Source of the DNA: Opitutales bacterium
GTDB taxonomy: Bacteria; Verrucomicrobiota; Verrucomicrobiia; Opitutales; JAFGAQ01
DNA length: 64,000 nucleotides
NCBI GenBank assembly: GCA_022361075.1
Contig: JAKSBQ010000390.1
Span: 10,079-74,078, forward strand
Reading direction: 5' to 3'
Below are positions 56,608 to 64,000 of the stretch, in pieces; within the stretch, counting starts at the first letter, position 1, and each line of letters opens with the position of its first letter. The translations under genes and the position numbers were made by a program. Below the pieces are notes generated by a model. That model saw only the letters and a program-made list of their open reading frames with translations, did no database searches and was not told where the DNA came from.

Positions 56608-57777
56608 CTAGTAACGAACATTTACCCCGAGCTTGTAAATATTTCCCGTGAAGTCAGATCCTTCCACCGTAGTGTCATTATTGCTGTAAATGTAGGAACC
56701 CTCTACCGAAAGATATTGTGAAGGATTGTAGGTCAAACTCAGGATAGTCGTCACGTAATCCTGTTCCAACACAAGGTTTTTGTAGTCGTCGCTAGCCAGA
56801 AACACCACCGCATTTCCGGAAAATTGTTCGTTAAATACATACTCCAGAATGCCAGTAATCATCGACGTCTCCTTAGCCTCTCCCAAGAATCCAATTTCAT
56901 AGTCGCGAGAATAAAGAAAAGACAAAGTTGTTTTCGCATCGGGCAGATAGGTCAGAGAAGCATCCGCTGAGAAGCCATCAAACTTCTCCTGCCCTTCGAT
57001 ATCAGTCGTTTGAAAACCGAACTTCATATCTGCGATGATTTTCGGAGACAGCTCACCACGCAAAGCAACATTGAAGAAATGCGAACTACGATCCCCAAGA
57101 CCCACAAAGCTACTTACGTCAACCGATGAATTTCTGTAACGGTAACCTAGCCCCACATCCAACTTCTCGGTGGCTGCATAATAAATATTTACCGGAACCA
57201 GCAACTGAGAACGATCCACTCCCAAAGTTCCCCCAAATCCATCGTTGGTTTTCTGATCGGTACGAGTATACGAAATCCCAGCTACCACAGAAGTCTTCAA
57301 AGAAGCTTCATACTCCGTTTTGAAACCTGCACTTGTAATCGCAGATTCCAGAAGAATTCCTGCTGCGTTGGCGTCACGAGTATTGGTCTGATTCTCGACG
57401 TAGCCAGCGTTCAACTTAGTTACAGATTTCGCACTCTGAAACTGGCCTGACAGGGCCACACTCGCTAGTCCGGTATCGAACTCATTTCGGTCACCGTACC
57501 TCTTAATCGTGTAGTTTGCATTTAGCGTAAACTCAGCTCCGGTATCGGAACTGCCATACACCCATTTGAAACCAGGATCGAACTCGTAAATGATATCATC
57601 AATTTCGTTCGACGAATCGAGGGCTATGTTTGAGTCAGAGGAAATCGAAGCAGAACCGTCGAAGTAGATCGCAGCATTGTCACTGAGGGTTACGAGAGGT
57701 GAAGCCGAAAGACTCACGCTCAAGACAAAAACCGCGCATACTCCAACAAACCCGCCGGGTTGTGTCGTTATTTTCAT
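56608..57777 (-). CDS. outer-membrane beta-barrel protein of the polysaccharide export locus
   Basis: Signal peptide, alternating hydrophobic/polar strand pattern throughout, and a C-terminal YKLGVNVRY ending in an aromatic residue. Confidence 0.7.
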   Translation of the reverse strand: MKITTQPGGFVGVCAVFVLSVSLSASPLVTLSDNAAIYFDGSASISSDSNIALDSSNEIDDIIYEFDPGFKWVYGSSDTGAEFTLNANYTIKRYGDRNEFDTGLASVALSGQFQSAKSVTKLNAGYVENQTNTRDANAAGILLESAITSAGFKTEYEASLKTSVVAGISYTRTDQKTNDGFGGTLGVDRSQLLVPVNIYYAATEKLDVGLGYRYRNSSVDVSSFVGLGDRSSHFFNVALRGELSPKIIADMKFGFQTTDIEGQEKFDGFSADASLTYLPDAKTTLSFLYSRDYEIGFLGEAKETSMITGILEYVFNEQFSGNAVVFLASDDYKNLVLEQDYVTTILSLTYNPSQYLSVEGSYIYSNNDTTVEGSDFTGNIYKLGVNVRY

Positions 57778-57926
57778 GCTGTAAGCAAATCAAGAAAGAA
57801 AAATCAAGCTCCCCGCAGGCTAATCGGAAACACCTCAACATCAAGTAAAATAAATGTAAAAGCCTCTTAATTTGCTTAACAATTCCTACGAATTTGCAAA
57901 GCTCCTAACACACCCTCCAGGCTCTG

Positions 57927-59615
57927 ATGGTAAAAGAAACAGACATCATACAGACACGAGAGCTATGCTTCGGCTTACTGACCGTATGTAAACTGAGATC
58001 CGAGAAAGCGGTTCTCAAGGTCTCCTGGGGCAAACTCTCAATCGCCTTGGTTTCGTTAGTGGTATTGTCTTGGATCACACTTTTCACAGGAGTCTACTTC
58101 TTGTTCAAATATCAAAAACAATACAACGAGGTCTCGTATCTGGAGACCCTTGTCCTACCTTTTGACCGCAAAGGATTCCAAACGAAAAGGGGTGAATACT
58201 ACATCCAAACCGGTCTGGATGCTTTGGAAGAGGGAGATCTCAAAACGGCCGTCAACATGTTAAGAAACGGTTTGCTCCGGGCACCACACCACCTCGAAGC
58301 CCGCCTCACTCTCGCCGATTTTTACGAGTTTCTGTTCAACCGCCCCGATCTCGCCAGTAAAGTGCTCGAAGAGGGAGTGATGCATTTGGAGGGGCTCAAC
58401 CCCCTTCAAACCACCGAGTTTCTGACCAAAACATTCAGTGTCGCATCCAGAAACCAACTGGACCGTGAGATTTTATCAATCAGTGAGAAAATCATCACTT
58501 CACTAGATGAACCATTAAACCTGGGTCAAAGGGTCCTTATCGCTTATCAGTCAGCAACAGCACATCGAAATCTGGGAAATTACGAAAAATCGAAAGAGTT
58601 TATCGAAGAACACGATCTCAAAAATTATCCCGAAGGATTGGTCTTGCATGCTCAACTGCTGTGGGATCGAGGACTCGAGGAGGAAGCCATCCAGGCCCTC
58701 GAAACAAACCTGCATACCTTTCAGCAGAATCAAAGCATCTACGAAAAACTAGTCTTTTTTCACCAAGAAAAGAACCAGATCTCCCGAGCGAGACAATACG
58801 GCTTCCTCTTTCGCATCAGTCACTCCGAACTATTCGCTTCTCACCTCTCTTATCTATCCCATTTCTATGAGTTCGAAAACGATCCCGAAAAGATCAACCT
58901 GGGTATCGATGAGTACCTGGACAAGTTTTCGTCCGACCCAACTGCACTCCGGCAATTGGCCATCTTAGCCTCCAAATATGGTGACACTCCGAGTGTCGCC
59001 AAAATCCTGGAAAACGTTCACACCCGATCACCGAAGCAGAATCCACTCCTTTCACAATTCATCATCATTGAATCCGAAATTAGGGCAAAAAACTACACGA
59101 ACGCACTAGCCGCCATTAAACGCCTCGAATCAGAGTATGATGAAAAAAACCCAATGAATCCCGACTCCAAAACCATTTTTCTGAGTCTCAAAACGGCAAC
59201 TTTTCACGGTCTTGATAGAGCCATCGAAGCAGAAAAGGAACTGGAAGAATTACTCAGGTCTTCGATTATCAAAATGGATCGCTTTCTGGCGGTTGCCTAC
59301 TTGTTTCTTGATGTGAACGCCCCCTCAATAGCAAAAAAAATCCTCGAACGATGCAAGGAGAGCCATCCCAACAACCAAAACCTCCTGGAAGCTTCCATCG
59401 CAACTCAATTGAAAGCAAAAGATGCAGAGTCCCTCGCCCAATCTTTAGACCAGGCGATGTCACAAAGACGACTACCCAACCAACTGCTCATCGGCTCGTA
59501 CCAGCTTCTTGAATCGGACACTTTCAGTTACATTCCCGAAAGAATAAGCTTGTTGGGTAAAATCGCCTCTCATTTTGAAGACGAGTATTTGTTCAGAGTC
59601 AAAACTCGGAGCTAA
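57927..59615 (+). CDS. membrane-anchored TPR-repeat protein
   Basis: One TM segment (LSIALVSLVVLSWITLFTGVYFLF), then about 480 aa of TPR-like helical repeats. It is divergent from the beta-barrel gene. Confidence 0.6.
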   Translation: MVKETDIIQTRELCFGLLTVCKLRSEKAVLKVSWGKLSIALVSLVVLSWITLFTGVYFLFKYQKQYNEVSYLETLVLPFDRKGFQTKRGEYYIQTGLDALEEGDLKTAVNMLRNGLLRAPHHLEARLTLADFYEFLFNRPDLASKVLEEGVMHLEGLNPLQTTEFLTKTFSVASRNQLDREILSISEKIITSLDEPLNLGQRVLIAYQSATAHRNLGNYEKSKEFIEEHDLKNYPEGLVLHAQLLWDRGLEEEAIQALETNLHTFQQNQSIYEKLVFFHQEKNQISRARQYGFLFRISHSELFASHLSYLSHFYEFENDPEKINLGIDEYLDKFSSDPTALRQLAILASKYGDTPSVAKILENVHTRSPKQNPLLSQFIIIESEIRAKNYTNALAAIKRLESEYDEKNPMNPDSKTIFLSLKTATFHGLDRAIEAEKELEELLRSSIIKMDRFLAVAYLFLDVNAPSIAKKILERCKESHPNNQNLLEASIATQLKAKDAESLAQSLDQAMSQRRLPNQLLIGSYQLLESDTFSYIPERISLLGKIASHFEDEYLFRVKTRS

Positions 59616-60902
59616 TCACTCAGGCAATGACAAAACTCTGACCTCCGCAGAGATAATCCGAGTCTCCTCCGTCTCTTTGATGCGAATGACCAGGGGACCA
59701 ATCTCCAGAGTATCACCCGGATTAGGAATGTGTCCCAGCTGATAAGTGATTAAACCTCCAAACGAAGACACCTCATCATTTTCCAGATTCAACACTCCCA
59801 GTTGATCTTCAACCTCGTGAAGGGGAGCTAATCCCGAGATTTGATAAAAATCCTTGCGCAAAGGTATGATTAAACGGTCTTCCTTATCGAACTCGTCCTG
59901 GATTTCACCAACCATTTCTTCCAAGATTCGTTCAAGCGTCAAGACGCCAAGCACCCCTCCAAACTCATCCTCTACCAGAGCCATGTGTGCGCGCTTTCCC
60001 AGCAGTATCTGCAACGCTTTGTCCAACATCATCTCCTGCTCAAATCGCAGAATCGGGCGAACCAACGTTTGCAGGTCCAAAGACTCAATTGGCTTCCGGC
60101 TCCTGAAGATGTCTTTGATGTGAATGATTCCGAGGCATTGATCGAGATCTCCGTTGCAAAGAGGAAACCGAGTGTGCCCGGTTTTGCGCGCAATCTCTAT
60201 GTTCTCTTTTAAATCATCTTCAAGATCAAAAATTTGGACCTGATTCCGAGGTAACAAAATATCAAACACCGCAATCTCACTGAGTTGAAGGCTCTTCGAA
60301 GCGATCCTCTCAGTGATCGGTGTTAATTTCGGCTGGTCTTCTCCTTGGCTGAACCAATTCAAACTTCCAAGATCTGCATTCGGGAGTTCCTTTTCAACCA
60401 CTCCTACTTTCTTTCCCATCCACGAAATTCCGTCGAGGAGCAACCAAATCGGTTTCAGCAAGTAATAGGCAACGAGAACAATTGAAGTAAAAACCAATCC
60501 TAAACTCGGACTCATGCTTGGCCCAAGAGTCTGAGGCAACCACCTCAGTGCAGACAAAAGAATCAAGACGCACACCAGACTGACCGACGCATACCCCAAA
60601 AACGCCAGTATCCAGTATCCTCCGAAATGGAATTTCGAAATAACACAAAAACTCAAGATGCTCCAAAGTCCAATTCCCAAGGCCGGCGCAAATTTGAATG
60701 CTAACTTGCGCTCTGATGGGTTATCGTAAATCGAGAATATTTTTAGGAACCTACTTCTGATAGACTTTACGTCCTCGCGCAACTCACGAAGTCTCAGGTT
60801 TGTGAGAAAAGCGTACACACACGCTTCACTAAACAAATACAAAGTGATGAATCCCCATAGGATCCATACCCAAACCGGCAGTGAACTTACGTCACCGTTC
60901 AC
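59616..60902 (-). CDS. CNNM/CorC-HlyC family transporter-associated protein (DUF21-CBS pair-CorC_HlyC)
   Basis: N-terminal 4-TM region, CBS pair (VFDILLPRNQV...IIHIKDI...ALVEDEFGGVLGVLTLERILEEMVGEIQDEFD) and a C-terminal CorC_HlyC domain. Confidence 0.82.
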   Translation of the reverse strand: MNGDVSSLPVWVWILWGFITLYLFSEACVYAFLTNLRLRELREDVKSIRSRFLKIFSIYDNPSERKLAFKFAPALGIGLWSILSFCVISKFHFGGYWILAFLGYASVSLVCVLILLSALRWLPQTLGPSMSPSLGLVFTSIVLVAYYLLKPIWLLLDGISWMGKKVGVVEKELPNADLGSLNWFSQGEDQPKLTPITERIASKSLQLSEIAVFDILLPRNQVQIFDLEDDLKENIEIARKTGHTRFPLCNGDLDQCLGIIHIKDIFRSRKPIESLDLQTLVRPILRFEQEMMLDKALQILLGKRAHMALVEDEFGGVLGVLTLERILEEMVGEIQDEFDKEDRLIIPLRKDFYQISGLAPLHEVEDQLGVLNLENDEVSSFGGLITYQLGHIPNPGDTLEIGPLVIRIKETEETRIISAEVRVLSLPE

Positions 60903-60926
60903 GATTAAAACAACCGACGATCCACG

Positions 60927-62054
60927 TCAGCTTTGTTGAAAATACTCTGCAAGAGAATCAAGCAATCTTTCATTTTCTGCCGGCAACCCTACTGAAACCC
61001 GAATCCATCCGTCCAGCGAAAAAGGAGACATAGATCTCACGATAACTCCCTTTTCCACTAAAAATTCACAGCACTCTCGTGTATCGTCTACTCTCACCAG
61101 AACGAAATTCGCACAACCTGCCTCATATTCCAGATTCAATTTCTCAAACCCTTCTTTGAGCTGAGCGATGCCCTGCTGATTCAAAACTTTACACTTTGCG
61201 ACAAACTCCACATCCTCCAACGCAGCCAGCGCACCTGCGAGCGCAAGCGAATTGACGCTAAACGGCTGCCTCGCCCGCATCAAAAGCGCCACTAATTCTT
61301 CGCTTCCATAGGCATATCCAATTCGGTTTCCGGCAAGTCCGTAAATTTTGGAAAAAGTCCTTACGGCCAAAATTGATTTTCCGTTCTGAATGGAGGGAAT
61401 CGGATCAAACGGATCATCGAGATATTCTTGGTAAGCCCCGTCGAAGCAGAGCAACACATGTTCAGGTAGTTTTTGAACGAATACCTCCATTTCGTCGCGC
61501 GGTATATCGTGGGGAGTTGGGTTGTTTGGGCTCGCAATGAAAACAACCCTTGTTTTCTCATCCACGAGCTTGAGGATTTCATCCAGGTCGTGCCTCAGGT
61601 CAGGCATCGGAGCTTTTCGAATTTCTGCTCCAAAATGTTGGGTCACGATAGGGTAAACCACAAAAGGGTATTCTCCCATCACCGCGTTCGTTCCCGGTTC
61701 CAAAAACACCTGAGCCACAAGTTCCAGAATTTCGTTAGACCCATTTCCGATAATGAATTGATTCGCACTCAATCCAGACTGTTCCGCAAGTTTGTGGGTC
61801 AACTCCCAGGCCCCTCCGTCCGGGTAGCGATGCAGATCATTTAATGCTACCTTCACCGCTTCTACCGCTTTAGGAGATGGCCCCAATGGATTTTCATTTG
61901 AAGCGAGTTTAATGATTTTGGAAGGGTCCATTCCCTTTTCACGAGCGACCAATTCAATCGGTAGACCAGGTTTGTAAAGTGGAGTTCGGTCAACTCCGAA
62001 TCGATGGCTGACACTCAAATTGGACCGTTCTTTGCTCTGCTCAGATGAATTCAT
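60927..62054 (-). CDS. hisC: histidinol-phosphate aminotransferase, second copy (canonical HisC-like)
   Basis: LASNENPLGPSP, YPDG, SPNNPT and TFSKIYGLAGNRIGY (PLP-Lys) motifs. Confidence 0.8.
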   Translation of the reverse strand: MNSSEQSKERSNLSVSHRFGVDRTPLYKPGLPIELVAREKGMDPSKIIKLASNENPLGPSPKAVEAVKVALNDLHRYPDGGAWELTHKLAEQSGLSANQFIIGNGSNEILELVAQVFLEPGTNAVMGEYPFVVYPIVTQHFGAEIRKAPMPDLRHDLDEILKLVDEKTRVVFIASPNNPTPHDIPRDEMEVFVQKLPEHVLLCFDGAYQEYLDDPFDPIPSIQNGKSILAVRTFSKIYGLAGNRIGYAYGSEELVALLMRARQPFSVNSLALAGALAALEDVEFVAKCKVLNQQGIAQLKEGFEKLNLEYEAGCANFVLVRVDDTRECCEFLVEKGVIVRSMSPFSLDGWIRVSVGLPAENERLLDSLAEYFQQS

Positions 62055-62191
62055 TTGTAAATAACACTCCTAATAGTGGACCTGCAAAAGATCAAATCTC
62101 TTAACAACAACGCCACCTCCTCTATCAAACTTGTTTTTTTAACCAATTCGTAGTAAGGAAATTAGCTGATCTGACAGTAGGAAATAGACCG

Positions 62192-64000
62192 ATGAAAAAT
62201 CTCACATTCGCAAACAGGTGGAACGCTGACCTGATTGATGATAATTATAATAAGTGGAAAGAGGGAACTGATGACCTCGATCCCATGTGGGAAGCTTTTT
62301 TTGAAGGCTTTGAGCTCGCTTCAAAAAAAGACGGTGCTTCCGCTGTTGTTCCAGAAAAAGACACCACTGCGTACAAGGACTACAAAGTTCAGGCGAGAGC
62401 AATCGGCGCCGTTTTTGCCTACCGTTCCAGAGGGCATACTCAGGCAACGATCAATCCCCTGCAAATTGAACTGCCCATCAATCCAAGATTGGCTTTAGAC
62501 CGTCTCGGCTTCCAAACCAGCGATCTGGATACTGTCATCCACACCGGAAACTATCTTGGCGGGATTGACATCACGGTCCATGAACTAATTGACAAATTGC
62601 GCAACACTTATTGCGGGAATATCGGAATCGAGTATGTGCACATTCAAGAAGCTAGAAAACGTCGTTGGCTTCAGGCTCGAATCGAACCCAATAATTTTAG
62701 TCACGAGTTTTGTTTCGATGAACAAACTCGAATCCTCCAAAAAATCGTAGAGGCAGAAGCTTTTGAGACTTACCTTCACACCAGTTTCGTTGGGCAAAAA
62801 CGATTCTCACTCGAAGGCGGGGAGACGCTCATTGCGGCACTTGACGTGATCGCTCAGCATTGCCCAAAACATACTGTGGAAGAAATTGTCATGGGTATGG
62901 CCCACCGTGGACGACTCAACGTGTTGGCAAATTTTGTCGGAAAATCCAAAGAAATGATGCTTCGCGAGTTTTCCAAGTTCCATTTGCCTTCAGATCTCGA
63001 TGGCGATGGAGATGTGAAGTACCACCTGGGTTACGACAACACTTGGCGAACCGAAGACGGCAACGAGATCACCATCCGCCTTTCCGCCAATCCCAGCCAT
63101 TTGGAAGCAGTGGATCCAGTCGTGGAAGGTCGTGCGAGAGCGAGACAGCGCGTACTCGACGATATGGATCGTAAAAGAGTGCTTCCGATTTTGATCCACG
63201 GTGATGCTGCGATTGCAGGACAGGGAATTGTCTCCGAAGTGCTCAACTTTTCACAACTCAAAGGGTACAAAACCGGAGGAACAATTCACTTCGTCGTGAA
63301 CAACCAAATCGGTTTCACAACCGATCCAGAGGATGCACGTTCCAGCTACTACTGCACTGACGTCGCTAAGATGATGGAGGTTCCAGTATTCCATGTGAAC
63401 GGCAACGATCCGCTGGCAGTCGCTCATGTCAGTAAAATAGCCCTGGAATATCGTCAGGAGTTTCAGACAGATGTATTCATCGATATGGTGTGTTACCGCC
63501 GTCATGGTCACAACGAAACCGATGAGCCCGCATTTACTCAGCCCAATCTCTACCGCAAAATCAGCAACATGCCGTTGGTCAGCGAAATCTATTCACACGA
63601 CCTCCAAAAACTAGGCGTGATAGATGAGGGAGGAGCTGAAAAGTTGCGGCAGGAGTATGTTCAGTCCCTTGACGAGGCAAAGAAAATCACCGCTGAAGCA
63701 CAGGCAGAAGAAACCGAAGTGACGGTTGCGACTTTCGAGGGTTCGAGTGCAGAATTTCAGCCAGAGTATACATTTGAGGATATCGAAACAGGAATTGATG
63801 CCGAACGCCTGGAGCACATTGCCCGCACCTTAACCGTCCCGCCTGAGGACAAGAACCTCAATCCGAAGATCGTCCGTTTGCTGAAGACTAAACTCAAAAA
63901 CTTTGAAAACGGTGAAGGCATCGACTGGGCTTTTGCGGAATTACTCGCATGGGGTGGACTTCTCATGGACGGCGTTCCCGTGCGCATTTCGGGTCAGGAC
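62192..64000 (+). CDS. sucA: 2-oxoglutarate dehydrogenase E1 component, N-terminal 603 codons (partial, runs off right edge)
   Basis: Own translation from ATG 62192 gives MKNLTFANRWNADLIDDNYNKW. It contains RGHTQATINPL, FVGQKRFSLEGGE, MGMAHRGRLNVLAN, GDGDVKYHLGY, HGDAAIAGQG and YRRHGHNETDEP. The frame stays open to the window end, so it is absent from the ORF track. Confidence 0.93.
   Translation, partial: MKNLTFANRWNADLIDDNYNKWKEGTDDLDPMWEAFFEGFELASKKDGASAVVPEKDTTAYKDYKVQARAIGAVFAYRSRGHTQATINPLQIELPINPRLALDRLGFQTSDLDTVIHTGNYLGGIDITVHELIDKLRNTYCGNIGIEYVHIQEARKRRWLQARIEPNNFSHEFCFDEQTRILQKIVEAEAFETYLHTSFVGQKRFSLEGGETLIAALDVIAQHCPKHTVEEIVMGMAHRGRLNVLANFVGKSKEMMLREFSKFHLPSDLDGDGDVKYHLGYDNTWRTEDGNEITIRLSANPSHLEAVDPVVEGRARARQRVLDDMDRKRVLPILIHGDAAIAGQGIVSEVLNFSQLKGYKTGGTIHFVVNNQIGFTTDPEDARSSYYCTDVAKMMEVPVFHVNGNDPLAVAHVSKIALEYRQEFQTDVFIDMVCYRRHGHNETDEPAFTQPNLYRKISNMPLVSEIYSHDLQKLGVIDEGGAEKLRQEYVQSLDEAKKITAEAQAEETEVTVATFEGSSAEFQPEYTFEDIETGIDAERLEHIARTLTVPPEDKNLNPKIVRLLKTKLKNFENGEGIDWAFAELLAWGGLLMDGVPVRISGQD

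Noticed and set aside
1-64000. CRISPR arrays, IS elements, prophage, toxin-antitoxin modules or known defence systems.
   Set aside because: I noticed no regularly spaced direct repeats, transposase, integrase, reverse transcriptase or nuclease-helicase modules. The MORN/YwqK-type repeat protein is sometimes annotated as an antitoxin family, but it has a signal peptide and no partner gene here.

Overview
This is a gene-dense, mostly housekeeping chromosomal segment with about 60 CDS and one tRNA. I saw no CRISPR array, transposase, integrase, phage gene or recognisable defence gene.

Gene content points to a PVC-superphylum bacterium, probably Verrucomicrobiota (inference). The evidence is a prepilin-type protein ending in FLDGHV, four-repeat DUF11/OmcB-like envelope proteins, a fused ccoNO, and a Verrucomicrobia/Planctomycetes-type hypothetical inside the his genes.

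Recognisable blocks:
- **Edges:** alaS is partial at the left edge and sucA is partial at the right edge.
- **4.6-14.3 kb:** a long minus-strand run of ptsI, ispE, ald, rpe, an LptE-like gene, a BamD-like gene, fabH, plsX, rpmF and uppP.
- **his genes:** a split set, hisD ... hisC-hisB-hisH, interrupted by maf, an S4-domain gene and a WbaP-like priming transferase. A second hisC paralog lies at 61 kb.
- **32.7-37.5 kb:** leuCD, exbB, exbD, a small zinc-ribbon gene and guaA.
- **cbb3 oxidase cluster:** ccoS-like, fused ccoNO, ccoQ-like, mono-haem ccoP, ccoG, a small TM ORF and a TauE/DsbD_2-like gene.
- **52.9-57.8 kb:** a polysaccharide export module made of an outer-membrane beta-barrel, a short OPX/Wza, a Wzc-type tyrosine kinase and a metallophosphoesterase. 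It sits next to an orphan sigma54 activator.

The most unusual element is a tandem pair of paralogous four-repeat DUF11 proteins at 20.4-23.6 kb. They look like cysteine-poor relatives of chlamydial OmcB. They lie next to tRNA-Tyr and a 340-nt unexplained convergent intergenic region.

I found no clear novel multi-gene system. All findings are hypotheses drawn from reading the sequence and translations by eye; no searches were run.
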